This document shows, in pieces, positions 1-10,840 of a DNA stretch of 41,463 nt. Below the pieces are notes generated by a model, which saw nothing but the letters and a program-made list of their open reading frames with translations, was not told the DNA's origin and did not search any database. This DNA is from Bacteroidota bacterium (GTDB lineage Bacteria; Bacteroidota; Bacteroidia; Flavobacteriales; Flavobacteriaceae): the NCBI GenBank assembly GCA_043748255.1, contig JAYTNQ010000335.1:1-41463 (forward strand). Reading direction: 5' to 3'. How positions within the stretch are numbered: the stretch's first letter is position 1; each line of letters starts with the position of its first letter. Both the position numbers and the translations under genes were made by a program.

Positions 1-3000
1 GTGTTGGTAAAATTGGATGCTAAAGGCACATTTGATAGGAGGGAAGCGTTATTTTCAAAATATTTGACTGTCAAATTTGGGTCGCTATTTGTAAAAAAAT
101 TATCGGCTTCGGCCAAATTAAAAACCACAAAACCATCTGGATTCAAACCATAATCGCATTGGGTGAGTGAGGCTGAGCTTGGAATATTTGGATTGGAAAG
201 CACGTTGATTTGTGCAGAATTTGAAAATAAACCGCACGAATTTCCATTTTTATTTAAAAAAACACGATAAAAATTATTTCCCATTGTAGGCAAAACATTA
301 TTTATTTGAAGATTTGCCATAGTCACCCCAGAAACAGTTGCAGAATTTGCCAAATCAAAAAAGTTAATATTATCCAAGCTTATTTGCCACTGATAGCTAT
401 AGCTATCGACAGGGTTTGAAGTTATTACAAAATGGGCAATACTATTTTCGCAAACAGGAATATTTAATAAAGGTGTAGTAATTAAGATTAACGCAGATGA
501 TAAATAGTTGCTCATTGGAGCAGTATAGCCATTTATTGAATTCAAAACCACTCCAAATGTATTTATTATTGGTAGTCCAATACCTAATTTTCCATCTTTG
601 TCTGGGTCTGAAAATCCAGCATCTGAAGCGTCAAAACAGTTATCGCCATCGCTATCAAGATCAATAAAATTCGCTAAATTATCTGAATCAGAATTGAGCA
701 AAATATAGTTCAAAACACCACTGTTTGCTGTGGTTTGAATACTGCTTGCTAAACCATTTGTTCCAAAATTGATACCGTCAATTATCCCATTTTGATTGGT
801 ATCAGTTGCTAAACTTCCGGATTCTAAAAGATCAAATACTCCATCATTATCTGAATCTAAATCTAAATAGTCCGCAACGCCATCCAAATCTGCATCTGAA
901 GCTAAAATTGAATTTTCATAGACATCATCCAAACCATTGAAATTAGCATCTATATTTGAAACAGGAACGAAATTTTGACTCGAAAACTCAAAATTATCCA
1001 AAATACCATCATTATCACTATCCAAATCCAATTGATCTGGAATGCCATCTGAATCAGAATCTCTTGGAATACAGGATGCTATTAATAAAAATTTTGCACG
1101 GCTGCTGCCCGTATCCGAAATATTCTTGTGTGTAAAAGTGATACTGTTTACCAAATTAGTTTTGAAACTAAAGGTACCAAATCCACCGGTCAATGGTAAG
1201 CCATTTTTGTATCTAAACCGTATTTGAAATGAAGAATAATTGGTAATTCCGGGTTCAAAAATCCCGTCATAATTGGTGTCGATATCCAATTGACCATCTG
1301 GATTGAGCACTGTAATGGTTTTGTTTGAAGCAACTTGAAGTATAAATTCGCCATCAGCATTTGCAACCGTAATTGCTTCTGCCAAATCTGCATAAGTAAT
1401 GGTCAGGCTAATTGGTTTTACGAAATTTACGGTTTGTTGAACAAAATTGTTCTTTCCAACAACTTCCGAACTAAATTTTCCATCGGCGGTGTTTATAATT
1501 CCTGTTGCAATTGGCAAAATTGTTGATGAAAATGAGTTTGTATATTTTCCGTTTTGAATATTGATTAAATGCGAGCTTGATAAAGATAAATCTATTGGCA
1601 AATCGCCAAACGATTCTGTACAATTTGAAATACCATCATTATCAAAATCCAAATCAATATTATCGTTTGCCAAATCATTGTCTAAATTTGTTGGGCAAGC
1701 ACTTACCGGAATTTCGTCGGAGCTTCGTGTCGTGCCGCATTCTGTAATTGAAGCTTCCACGTGATAAAAACCAGGTGCAGTTGGTGTATAAAAATTTTGG
1801 GTTTCTCCAATAATTTCCACATTACTGTTGAACCACTTGTATTTATCAAAAGCCGTAAGCAAATTGACAGATAACTTTACATTTGGAAAACAGCCTGCGG
1901 TTGTTGTGTTTAATTTGTCAAATGACAATTCTGGATCAAAAGTAAATCCTGAATAATAGCCACCATAAGTAGCAAAACCACTTGACCCAAAATAAGATAA
2001 ATAAACTTGCTTTGAAGAAATAACAGAGACATTGCCAGTAAGGCCTGCCAATTTATAGGTTACATAATCAGTATTTCCATCGACTGTAAACGGACCTTGT
2101 ACGTTAATATTTGAAGGCAATGTGTTTAATAAATAATTTGACCCATCAATTATTAATGATAATGTTGCCATAGCTTTTGTAACCAAACAAACAGTTCCAA
2201 TAAAAGTGTCATCATCACCAATTTTGTTAATAAATGGAATATTATTAATTATTTTTGGGGTTTCACAGCTCAAAGGTGGTACAAAACACATATTTTGATT
2301 GGCTTGATCGGTGGTGCCGCCAATTCCTTGATAAGCAAAGGCTTTTTTGGAAGTTTTGATATATAAATTACCATTTGCCGAAAAATTCACACCTGTTAAT
2401 GCCAAATACTGACCAGCATTTAATGTAATATAAGCAGTTGAACTTCCATTCAAAAATACATCGGTACCCATTTCGTTGGCCACAATTAGTGGTCTCTCGG
2501 TTTCATCTACACCATTTCCTCGAACAAAAATATAGTCTGTACCCGTTCTATCAGCAGTTACAATTTGGTCAAAACCCAAATCAAGATGGCTATCTGTACC
2601 ATTTGATCCAGCAAACGAACCGCAATTTACAACAATTGGTTTGGTCGAACTTATACCAGCACCAATCAAAGCGTCTGCATTTAAGGGATTCGTGCAACTT
2701 ACGGATAGCACATAACTTTCGCCTTTGTTCAATGTTATTGGTGTAGGATTATTGCCAACAGTAGTATTATTGGTCAATGTTGCTCCCGACTTTATATCGC
2801 TAAAACTAACTAATGTGTTGTTTTCGGTTGCCAAAATTGCTGCAAATGTATAGTGATTTTCGCCAAGCGATGGCAAAGTTGTGTTTGTAAATGCTCCAAC
2901 TCTAAACTGCGTTCCAAGCCCAGCTAATCCTTTTGAAACCAAACCACCCGCTTGATATCTGTTGGGATGCGCCGTGAGTCGAACCGTTACATAAACCAAA

Positions 3001-3326
3001 TCTTCGGCTTCAACAATAAATCCTTTGTTGTTTTTTATAAAACCAGCATCAGTTTGATTTATAATAAGTTGTGTATCATTACCCGAACCTATACTATATC
3101 GAAATGGAACATCTCTCGAAACAACTCCGTGAATTGGAGAACCGCCAATTGGTGTCAAAATAAAATTTACAGAGGTCAAACTTGGGCTAGAAACATACAA
3201 AAATTGTTCTTGCGCTAATTGAATATTTGAGCTCGATAATGGCGGAATATAATGGGTTTTACTAAATTGTGAAAAACAATTTAATGAAAAGAAAAAGAAC
3301 GCATAAAATATATATTTTTTCATCAT
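1..3326 (-). CDS. Large secreted surface protein with TSP3-like Ca-binding repeats, probable T9SS substrate; 3' end runs off the window
   Basis: Absent from the ORF track; read manually. ATGATG at 3326/3323 gives MKKYIFYAFFFFSLNCFSQFSKTHYIPP (signal peptide). Segments spot-checked down to base 3 stay in this frame. Acidic repeats DLDFDNDGISN, DSDSDGIPDQLDLDSDNDGILD, DLDGVADYLDLDSDNDGVFD, DLDSDGDNCFD. The C-terminal sorting domain is not visible. Confidence 0.85.
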   Translation of the reverse strand, partial: MMKKYIFYAFFFFSLNCFSQFSKTHYIPPLSSSNIQLAQEQFLYVSSPSLTSVNFILTPIGGSPIHGVVSRDVPFRYSIGSGNDTQLIINQTDAGFIKNNKGFIVEAEDLVYVTVRLTAHPNRYQAGGLVSKGLAGLGTQFRVGAFTNTTLPSLGENHYTFAAILATENNTLVSFSDIKSGATLTNNTTVGNNPTPITLNKGESYVLSVSCTNPLNADALIGAGISSTKPIVVNCGSFAGSNGTDSHLDLGFDQIVTADRTGTDYIFVRGNGVDETERPLIVANEMGTDVFLNGSSTAYITLNAGQYLALTGVNFSANGNLYIKTSKKAFAYQGIGGTTDQANQNMCFVPPLSCETPKIINNIPFINKIGDDDTFIGTVCLVTKAMATLSLIIDGSNYLLNTLPSNINVQGPFTVDGNTDYVTYKLAGLTGNVSVISSKQVYLSYFGSSGFATYGGYYSGFTFDPELSFDKLNTTTAGCFPNVKLSVNLLTAFDKYKWFNSNVEIIGETQNFYTPTAPGFYHVEASITECGTTRSSDEIPVSACPTNLDNDLANDNIDLDFDNDGISNCTESFGDLPIDLSLSSSHLINIQNGKYTNSFSSTILPIATGIINTADGKFSSEVVGKNNFVQQTVNFVKPISLTITYADLAEAITVANADGEFILQVASNKTITVLNPDGQLDIDTNYDGIFEPGITNYSSFQIRFRYKNGLPLTGGFGTFSFKTNLVNSITFTHKNISDTGSSRAKFLLIASCIPRDSDSDGIPDQLDLDSDNDGILDNFEFSSQNFVPVSNIDANFNGLDDVYENSILASDADLDGVADYLDLDSDNDGVFDLLESGSLATDTNQNGIIDGINFGTNGLASSIQTTANSGVLNYILLNSDSDNLANFIDLDSDGDNCFDASDAGFSDPDKDGKLGIGLPIINTFGVVLNSINGYTAPMSNYLSSALILITTPLLNIPVCENSIAHFVITSNPVDSYSYQWQISLDNINFFDLANSATVSGVTMANLQINNVLPTMGNNFYRVFLNKNGNSCGLFSNSAQINVLSNPNIPSSASLTQCDYGLNPDGFVVFNLAEADNFFTNSDPNLTVKYFENNASLLSNVPLASNFTN

Positions 3327-3339
3327 TTTTTTTAAACAA

Positions 3340-3347
3340 CAAATATA
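3340..3347 (-). promoter_or_regulatory. Bacteroidota -7 promoter box (TATATTTG)
   Basis: Matches TAnnTTTG, 13 nt upstream of the ATG at 3326. Confidence 0.65.
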
Positions 3348-3352
3348 CATTT

Positions 3353-5650
3353 TTATCTGATAAGTGTGAAATGCCCTTTCATTTTTCTGGAACCTGCAAT
3401 TTCAATAACAAACCAATAATCATCGGATGGCAAAATTGTATTATTGAATTTTCCGTTCCAGCCGTCGCCATTAGCCATAGTATTGTAAATCATTTTTCCA
3501 AATCGATCAAAAACACTCAGTGTAGCATTTGGTGTTAATTCCATAAAAGGGATGCGCCAAACATCGTTCAATCCATCATTATTTGGACTGAAAAAGCGTG
3601 GATAATCCAACACCAAAAATGTTTCGGTTGTTGGAAGACAGCCGTTTTTATCTTGAATAATGATGGTATAAATCCCATCTTTTACTGATAAAAAAAAAGG
3701 TGAATTTTGAAAATGTATGCCATCTATTGAAAATTCATAATCGCCAAAACCATCATAGTTGATTAAAACCGAATTATTAACCCCATCAAAATCATGAATT
3801 TCTATATCTTGAATTAAGGCTTGATTCGAATTTTTAACAAAAAACTTTTTTATAGCCTTGCAACCCTTTTGATTGGTAACGCTTACGCTAAAATTTCCAG
3901 CAGCATTTACAACAATATATGGATCCAAACTATGACTACTATCATTCCAAAGGTAGCTCGAAAAGCCTTGGGCAACTTCCAATTTTCGAATAGAATTGTC
4001 ACACAAATATACGGTTTCGTCATCAAAATTTGGCGGCGAAAATGTATTAATTATTAATGATATAGAAACCAAACCATAACAATCTGTCCCATTCAAAACT
4101 TTTGCCCAAATGGTTTGTTGAAACGCAATAGTGTTTTTAAAAACCGCACCCAAAGCATTAGTTTCTTTTGATGCGTCTGTGGCATTTGTATAATAATTGA
4201 CGGTCAAGCCTGTTGGCAAGTTTTGCAAGATTTGTGCAGTAATATTTGATGTTACCCCCAAATCAAACTTATAATAGCCGTCCTGATTGGCATCTTCATC
4301 ACAAATAATAATGGGATTTTGAATCGCAATAGTTTGATTTGAAATCGACAGATTAAGCGGCACAAAACTTTCGCAATTATATTCGTTTTTTACTTTTGCA
4401 AAAACTGTTTTTGGTGCTATTGTTTCAAAATTAATAGGGTTCAAAATGGCATTTAGGTCTGTTTTATTTTCAAAAAAGCTAACACCAACTACATTTGAAT
4501 CTTGTTGCAAAATTAGGTTTTCTGCTTTTTTTAAATTAAAAAAAGTCTTACTATCATTATTATCATCACAGGCAATTAGTGTAATTGGCGAAGTTACAAA
4601 AGCGGGAGAAAATTCAATTTTAACTTCACTTTTTGCAATACAAGCTGATCCTCCTAAAGCAATTTCAGATCGGTAAGTTCCAGAATCAAAAACATCCAAA
4701 GTTTCTGTAGAAATACCGTTTATCAAAAGATTGTCTTTATACCATTCATAGAAATTAACACCGGGCTGAAGGGCGTTCAATGTATATTTTTCGCCATGGC
4801 AAACTGGATTTTTTGAAGCAATTAATTTATCGACACCAATATTGGCACCAACTTTAAAACTACCACCTCCTAAAAAAATTGCCGAGTCATATTCTGGATT
4901 TTCTTGGTCTGCAATTACCAATTTGATGTGATAAGTGATACCAGGCTGAACATTGACTTTGGCAGTCATCACTACGGTTTGCCCATTGAAATTGGTTGGA
5001 GAATTAGCAACATTAAAACTCCCAAAAAAGCTCGCGTTTTCTGCACTACAAGCACCAGGAATGTCTGGGTGAACTGATGTAACTTTTACGGGTATCGAGG
5101 TGTTTGGCACCAATGCCAAGTTTTGATAAACTTCATTTGTATTTGCTTTTTTGAGCAAAAATGCGAACCCATCAGAATATCTACAGGTTGCGGTGCCATG
5201 GTATTCTTCAGAAGCAAAAATATAGTCAAAACTAATTTGATTGACTAAAGGTACAAAATCGAATTCTAAAATTGTTGCATTTGATGTATTTGAAATGCCC
5301 AAAGCCTGTTCTAAATCGAGATCCCCAACCCAATTGGATGCGTCTTCGCTCAAAATGGAGCTGTTTGGTCCTGAAGTAGATTTGGCACGACAAGTGCTCA
5401 AAACGATTCCATTTGCAAACGGAAACCCTGATGCAGCCCCATCAAAATAGCCAAAACTTTGATCTGAATTGCCAAAGTTACCTCCGCTCACAACAAAGTT
5501 TGATACCGACGCACAACTGCTATTGATTAATGTGTTTTGGATCAATTGCTGTGCTGTTTTTGTATCGTCGATTAATATGTATTGCGCCGTGCTTTTTGCA
5601 AAAAAGCAGCCGTTAAACAAAATTAGAACACACAATTTTATACTTTTCAT
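3353..5650 (-). CDS. T9SS type-B sorting-domain protein with N-terminal choice-of-anchor L-like domain
   Basis: Start moved to ATG 5650 (MKSIKLC, signal peptide). FDYIFASEEY and YDSAIFL motifs. C-terminus FSPNNDGLND..IFDRFGK-like..WNG..LPSDDYWF..KGHFTLIR is a gliding-motility CTD. Confidence 0.9.
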   Translation of the reverse strand: MKSIKLCVLILFNGCFFAKSTAQYILIDDTKTAQQLIQNTLINSSCASVSNFVVSGGNFGNSDQSFGYFDGAASGFPFANGIVLSTCRAKSTSGPNSSILSEDASNWVGDLDLEQALGISNTSNATILEFDFVPLVNQISFDYIFASEEYHGTATCRYSDGFAFLLKKANTNEVYQNLALVPNTSIPVKVTSVHPDIPGACSAENASFFGSFNVANSPTNFNGQTVVMTAKVNVQPGITYHIKLVIADQENPEYDSAIFLGGGSFKVGANIGVDKLIASKNPVCHGEKYTLNALQPGVNFYEWYKDNLLINGISTETLDVFDSGTYRSEIALGGSACIAKSEVKIEFSPAFVTSPITLIACDDNNDSKTFFNLKKAENLILQQDSNVVGVSFFENKTDLNAILNPINFETIAPKTVFAKVKNEYNCESFVPLNLSISNQTIAIQNPIIICDEDANQDGYYKFDLGVTSNITAQILQNLPTGLTVNYYTNATDASKETNALGAVFKNTIAFQQTIWAKVLNGTDCYGLVSISLIINTFSPPNFDDETVYLCDNSIRKLEVAQGFSSYLWNDSSHSLDPYIVVNAAGNFSVSVTNQKGCKAIKKFFVKNSNQALIQDIEIHDFDGVNNSVLINYDGFGDYEFSIDGIHFQNSPFFLSVKDGIYTIIIQDKNGCLPTTETFLVLDYPRFFSPNNDGLNDVWRIPFMELTPNATLSVFDRFGKMIYNTMANGDGWNGKFNNTILPSDDYWFVIEIAGSRKMKGHFTLIR

Positions 5651-5656
5651 CGATTG

Positions 5657-5664
5657 CAAATATA
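5657..5664 (-). promoter_or_regulatory. -7 promoter box (TATATTTG)
   Basis: TAnnTTTG only 6 nt upstream of ATG 5650. Confidence 0.65.
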
Positions 5665-5763
5665 CCAAAAATCTCAATTTTTTATAAAAAAAAGGAACTC
5701 AAATTAAAACCAAATTATAAAAAGGATTTTGTATGTTTGTATATTATAAAACAACCTTTTGAG

Positions 5764-7272
5764 ATGAGAAAACAGTTTTTTATTTTTTTGCTTTCGTTAC
5801 TATTAATCACAGTTTCAGTAAATATTATTTTCAAAACAGCCTACATTTGTAGCTTCATATTTGGAATTATTCTGCTAATTGGGATCTATAATGCCACACA
5901 AGAAAAACACGCCATTTTGAGAAATTTTCCTGTTTTGGGATATTTTCGTTATATGTTTGAAACTATTTCACCAGAAATACAGCAATATTTTATAGAGCGC
6001 AACACCGATGGCAAACCATTTTCGCGCAACCAACGTTCACTGGCATATCAGCGTTCAAAAAACATTGATGCTACAACTCCATTTGGCACACAATTAGATT
6101 TGAATAATACTGATTATGAAGGGATTAAACATTCTATTTTTCCTTCAAAAGTAAACGAAATACTTCCTCGCGTTATGGTTGGAGGACCAGATTGTTTGCA
6201 ACCTTATAATGCTTCAAGATTAAATATTTCGGCAATGAGTTTTGGATCATTGTCAGAAAACGCAATAATGTCATTGAACAAAGGAGCCAAAAAGGGTAAT
6301 TTTTATCACAATACCGGCGAGGGGGGCTTGACCGAATTTCATCTTCAAGGTGGAGACGTGACATGGCAAATTGGAACAGGATATTTTGGATGTAGAAATG
6401 ATGATGGTTTTTTTGACCCTGAAAAATTTTGTGAAAAAGCCAATCTTGAAGCCGTAAAAATGATCGAAATCAAACTTTCGCAAGGAGCAAAACCAGGTCA
6501 TGGAGGCGTGTTGCCTGCCCAAAAAAATACCGAACAAATTGCAAAAATTAGAGGTGTAAAGCCATTTACAACTATTTTATCTCCACCAAGTCATAGTGCT
6601 TTTTCAGACACAAAAGGTTTGATTGTTTTTATTGCACAATTACGAAAATTAGCCAAAGGCAAACCAATTGGTTTCAAACTTTGTATTGGTGACACTGCCG
6701 AATTCGAATCTCTTTGTAAAGAAATGATCCTTCAAAATTGTTTTCCAGATTTTATAACCGTTGATGGGGCAGAGGGAGGCACGGGTGCGGCACCACTCGA
6801 ATTTGCAGATGGAGTAGGGATGCCCTTTGAACCGGCTTTGATTTTTGTAAACAAAACGTTAATCAAGTTTCAAATTAGAAACAAAATTCGTGTTATTTGT
6901 AGTGGCAAAATCATTTCGGGTTATTCTATAATTCGAGCTATTGCGATGGGTGCAGACATGTGCAACTCGGCACGTGGTTTTATGTTTTCGTTGGGTTGTA
7001 TTCAAGCTTTAAAATGCAATAATAACGAGTGTCCTACAGGTGTAGCTACTCAAAACAAGATGTTGATGAAAGGATTGGTTGTGACAGACAAAGCAGAACG
7101 GGTTTTTTATTTTCATAAAAACACCTTGCATGCCGCTAACGAACTTTTGGCGGCTGCAGGAAAAAATAGCTTTGATGATGTTGATATTTCGATTTTTATG
7201 CGTGGTGATGAGTTTCAAAATCTTTCTAATTTGTATTTTACTGATAATCTAACGAGTGTAACAAACAATTGA
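5764..7272 (+). CDS. FMN-binding glutamate synthase family protein with N-terminal membrane anchor
   Basis: NISAMSFGSLS, NTGEGG, EIKLSQGAKPGHGG, DGAEGGTGAAP and CIQALKCNNNECP (3Fe-4S motif). Start taken at ATG 5764, with TATGTTTG at 5732-5739. Confidence 0.9.
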   Translation: MRKQFFIFLLSLLLITVSVNIIFKTAYICSFIFGIILLIGIYNATQEKHAILRNFPVLGYFRYMFETISPEIQQYFIERNTDGKPFSRNQRSLAYQRSKNIDATTPFGTQLDLNNTDYEGIKHSIFPSKVNEILPRVMVGGPDCLQPYNASRLNISAMSFGSLSENAIMSLNKGAKKGNFYHNTGEGGLTEFHLQGGDVTWQIGTGYFGCRNDDGFFDPEKFCEKANLEAVKMIEIKLSQGAKPGHGGVLPAQKNTEQIAKIRGVKPFTTILSPPSHSAFSDTKGLIVFIAQLRKLAKGKPIGFKLCIGDTAEFESLCKEMILQNCFPDFITVDGAEGGTGAAPLEFADGVGMPFEPALIFVNKTLIKFQIRNKIRVICSGKIISGYSIIRAIAMGADMCNSARGFMFSLGCIQALKCNNNECPTGVATQNKMLMKGLVVTDKAERVFYFHKNTLHAANELLAAAGKNSFDDVDISIFMRGDEFQNLSNLYFTDNLTSVTNN

Positions 7273-7283
7273 TTTAGAAGATT

Positions 7284-7763
7284 TTATAATTTCAATTTAT
7301 AAAAAATAGTGTCAACTTTAACCAATGGAAATAACTCTGGAAGTTCGGTTTTATTGATTTTAACAAAACCATTTTTTTCATAAAAACGATGGGCAGCAAA
7401 CATTTTTTCGGTTGTGCCAAGAAATAAATATTGAATATGATTTTGCCCTGCATGACAAATCAATTTATCCATAAGTGATTGACCAATTAAGTGGCTTGGG
7501 CCTCTAAAATCTTGATTTACAAACATTTTTCTAATTACGGCCGTTTGATTGTCGATATCAAGTAATGCAATTGTACCTATTATCTTTTTATTTTCGAGAG
7601 CAATCCAGAAATTGCCTTTATTGGTTTGATAATAACTTTCAATTTGATTCAAATCTGGTTGATCTTTTATAGAAATAGGCACTTTGAATTCATTTTGTTG
7701 AATGTTCAGAATGAGATCAATTACTTGATTTTTAAAAATTGAATCAAAGACCACAATTTCCAT
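7284..7763 (-). CDS. GNAT family N-acetyltransferase
   Basis: RKMFVNQDFRG..IGQSL (motif A) and AHRFYEKNGF (motif B). Confidence 0.85.
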   Translation of the reverse strand: MEIVVFDSIFKNQVIDLILNIQQNEFKVPISIKDQPDLNQIESYYQTNKGNFWIALENKKIIGTIALLDIDNQTAVIRKMFVNQDFRGPSHLIGQSLMDKLICHAGQNHIQYLFLGTTEKMFAAHRFYEKNGFVKINKTELPELFPLVKVDTIFYKLKL

Positions 7764-7772
7764 ATTTTCTAT

Positions 7773-8165
7773 TTATAAAACCACCATATTATCTGCCAAA
7801 GTTTCGATGAATTTTGAAATAGGCCCTTTGATCATCATGGCCATCATCGCATTAAATTCGCCTTCAAAAAAAAGCTGAACTTGCGTTTCCTCTTCCGTGA
7901 TAAACTCAATTGTAGCAATCAATACAAACGGAAGTTTGTCGCTTGCCGCGCCTAAAATTATTTTAGAATTTGGATTTTTTTCTTTAATTTTTAATTTTAT
8001 TTCTGGCATCCCTTTTAATCCAAAAATAAAAGAATCCTCTGAAGTTACTTCAAATTTTGAAGTGTTTTCTGGCATTAATTTTTCAAAATTCTGAACAACA
8101 CAAAGGGATTCAAAAACGTATTTTGCAGATTTTTTGAGGATTATTTTTTGACTTTCTAAATTCAT
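7773..8165 (-). CDS. SRPBCC/START-like family protein
   Basis: NFEKLMPE and FEGEFNAMMAMMIKGPI, recalled as a conserved flavobacterial SRPBCC protein. Confidence 0.7.
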   Translation of the reverse strand: MNLESQKIILKKSAKYVFESLCVVQNFEKLMPENTSKFEVTSEDSFIFGLKGMPEIKLKIKEKNPNSKIILGAASDKLPFVLIATIEFITEEETQVQLFFEGEFNAMMAMMIKGPISKFIETLADNMVVL

Positions 8166-8183
8166 TATTTATAGTTTTTTGGT

Positions 8184-9017
8184 TTAAAATCCCCACATAC
8201 CGCCAAAGGCAACAATACGCTCCAAAAACAAAAAATTTTGTGATGCCTTGTCTGAATTGTTGTAAGTGGTGCGAATGTCACTCATATTAATGTAGCCGCC
8301 TTTAAGCTCTGTTTGAACAAAATAATGTTTGAAAACCAAAAACTGCAACCCGGCTTTTGCTGCCATTCCATATCCTGAAACATGAAATTCATCGTGTCTT
8401 TCTTGCCCCATGAGCATGGTATTTGTTTTTGGAAATAGCAATCCAAATCCAACACCTTCTGTCAAATTGATTTGAAATTTGTCGGTATTGCTAATGCGAA
8501 ATATAGCAGAAATATCATCAAAACGGGCAATTTCAGTATTGACATAATTGAGCCCATCGGTATGTTCAAAAGTCAAAAAACCTTCGGTCATTGTTGTGGC
8601 TTGGTTGGTATAGGTGCCGTCAAAACCCATATTTGAAGCTATTGTACCTGACATATTAACAGTTTGAAATTGACGCATCACATATTTCATGTGATCTACA
8701 CCAACCGAAATATTATAATGTTGGCTAAAAAAATAACCAAATCTAAAATTGGTTTGAGGAATCGTCATTCGGGTAGGATTGATATAATCGATATGCCAAC
8801 CTTTTGGTTTGTCGTCTGCAACAACATCTTTTATCGTAAAATCATAATTATTGCCCCAAAAACGAATATCTGAGTGGCTGAAATTATCTCGATTTCCGCC
8901 CCAAAAAACGAAAAATTTGCCCTTATTGTTTGCTGTATATTTTTGAGGTATTAACGGAACTTCTTGAGAAAAAGCAAAATTTATTATTAATATAAATAGA
9001 AAGAAAATTTTTTTCAT
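8184..9017 (-). CDS. Conserved hypothetical outer-membrane beta-barrel protein
   Basis: Signal peptide, alternating amphipathic strands, terminal Phe, FEHTDGLNY motif. Confidence 0.7.
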   Translation of the reverse strand: MKKIFFLFILIINFAFSQEVPLIPQKYTANNKGKFFVFWGGNRDNFSHSDIRFWGNNYDFTIKDVVADDKPKGWHIDYINPTRMTIPQTNFRFGYFFSQHYNISVGVDHMKYVMRQFQTVNMSGTIASNMGFDGTYTNQATTMTEGFLTFEHTDGLNYVNTEIARFDDISAIFRISNTDKFQINLTEGVGFGLLFPKTNTMLMGQERHDEFHVSGYGMAAKAGLQFLVFKHYFVQTELKGGYINMSDIRTTYNNSDKASQNFLFLERIVAFGGMWGF

Positions 9018-9028
9018 GATAAAAAAGC

Positions 9029-9847
9029 TTAGAAACGATTTATTGTAGCACGAATTGCAACTAATTTGGTCATCAAATCTTCAAAATAATCCAGGTGCAA
9101 CATATTGGCACCATCACTTTTGGCATTTTCAGGGTCAAAATGGGTTTCTATAAAAATACCATCTACACCAACCGCTATGCCTGCTTTGGCAATGGTTTCA
9201 ATCATATCTGGTCTGCCACCTGTAACACCTACAATTTGATTGGGTTGTTGCAACGAGTGGGTCACATCAAGCACGGTTGTGGCAAAATGTTGCATCGTTG
9301 GAATGCCTCTAAAATCGACTACCATATCTTGATACCCAAACATACTGCCTCGATCTGTAATCATAATGTTTTGATTATCACAATCTAACACTTTTTGAAC
9401 GGCGTGTTTCATACTTTCGGGGCTCATAAATTGCCCTTTTTTGAGATTCACTATTTTGCCAGTTTTTGCGGCAGCAACCAACAAATCTGTTTGTCTTACC
9501 AAAAAAGCAGGGATTTGAAGCACATCAACATATTGTGCAGCCATTTCGGCATCTTCGTTTGTGTGAATATCTGTAACCGTTGGAATATCAAAGGTTGTAC
9601 CCACTTTTTGCAAAATCTCTAACGCTTTAATATCTCCAATTCCAGAAAAACTATCTATTCTAGAACGGTTTGCTTTTTTGAAAGAACCTTTAAAAACGAA
9701 AGGAATTTGTAATTTGTTTGAAATTTCAACCAATTTTTCAGCAATTTGCATCGCCATAGCTTCGCCTTCAATGGCACAGGGTCCAGCAAGGAGAAAAAAG
9801 TTATTGCTTTCTAAATGTTTTATTTTAGGGATATTATACAAATTCAT
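9029..9847 (-). CDS. kdsA: 3-deoxy-8-phosphooctulonate (KDO8P) synthase
   Basis: AGPCAIE, KANRS, LQIPAFLVRQTDL, KKGQF, DVTHSLQ, ETHFDP..SDG. Start moved to ATG 9847, with TATCTTTG at 9867-9874. Confidence 0.96.
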   Translation of the reverse strand: MNLYNIPKIKHLESNNFFLLAGPCAIEGEAMAMQIAEKLVEISNKLQIPFVFKGSFKKANRSRIDSFSGIGDIKALEILQKVGTTFDIPTVTDIHTNEDAEMAAQYVDVLQIPAFLVRQTDLLVAAAKTGKIVNLKKGQFMSPESMKHAVQKVLDCDNQNIMITDRGSMFGYQDMVVDFRGIPTMQHFATTVLDVTHSLQQPNQIVGVTGGRPDMIETIAKAGIAVGVDGIFIETHFDPENAKSDGANMLHLDYFEDLMTKLVAIRATINRF

Positions 9848-9922
9848 TCGCTCTTTTTTTAGGTTACAAAGATAAGCAGTTTTTAGGTTTAAATTAAAAA
9901 AAAACAAACCTTATATTTAAAA

Positions 9923-10804
9923 CTATCCCTTTTTCTTGGCTTTGATCATCGCTTCAAGCATATCCCACATTTCTTCTGGAATTGCTTCTAAAAGGTTAAA
10001 TTGTCCGGCACCTTTGAGCCATTCACCACCATCAATAACCACAACTTCACCATTAATATATGCAGAGAAATCTGACACCAAATATGCTGCCAAATTGGCT
10101 AATTCTTGATGATCACCCACACGTTTTAGCGGTACTTTTTTTGCCATGTCAAATTTCTCTGCCAAATCGCCTGGCAAAAGTCTGTCCCATGCCCCTTTTG
10201 TTGGAAAAGGTCCTGGTGCAATTGCGTTGGTACGAATGCCATATTTTGCCCATTCGACTGCCAAACTTCGTGTCATGGCCAAAACGCCTGCTTTTGCGGT
10301 GGCACTTGGCACTACATAAGCCGAGCCGGTCCAAGCATAAGTAGTTACAATATTAAGTATATTAGTATTGACTTGTTTGTTTTCTATCCAATGTTTGCCA
10401 AAGGCGAGGGTACAATTTTTGGTGCCTTTCAAAACTATATCGATGACAGTATCAAACGCATTTGCCGATAATCTTTCTGTTGGCGAGATAAAGTTTCCTG
10501 CGGCATTGTTAAGTAAAACATCAACTTTTCCAAAAGTTGAAATTACGGTTTGCAACATACTTTCTACTTGGTCATAATGACGAACATCACACTGAATCGG
10601 CAAACATCTACCCCCAGTTTCAAGCTCTAGTGCCGTTGCTGTGGTTTTTAGTTTATCAAGATCTCGTGAAGTTATGGCGACCTTGGCACCCAATTCTAGA
10701 AAATATTGGGTCATGGCTTTGCCCAATCCACTGCCGCCTCCGGTAACTACAATTACTTTGCCATCAAGGGCGCCATCGCGAAGCATTTTTGCTGAAAAAT
10801 TCAT
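9923..10804 (-). CDS. SDR oxidoreductase, 2,4-dienoyl-CoA reductase-like
   Basis: TGGGSGLG, NNAAGNF, SATAKAGV, LAVEWAKYGIRTNAIAPGP. Start moved to ATG 10804. Confidence 0.88.
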   Translation of the reverse strand: MNFSAKMLRDGALDGKVIVVTGGGSGLGKAMTQYFLELGAKVAITSRDLDKLKTTATALELETGGRCLPIQCDVRHYDQVESMLQTVISTFGKVDVLLNNAAGNFISPTERLSANAFDTVIDIVLKGTKNCTLAFGKHWIENKQVNTNILNIVTTYAWTGSAYVVPSATAKAGVLAMTRSLAVEWAKYGIRTNAIAPGPFPTKGAWDRLLPGDLAEKFDMAKKVPLKRVGDHQELANLAAYLVSDFSAYINGEVVVIDGGEWLKGAGQFNLLEAIPEEMWDMLEAMIKAKKKG

Positions 10805-10840
10805 AGTTTTTAATTTTTGTGTAAATATAAAAAAAAATAG

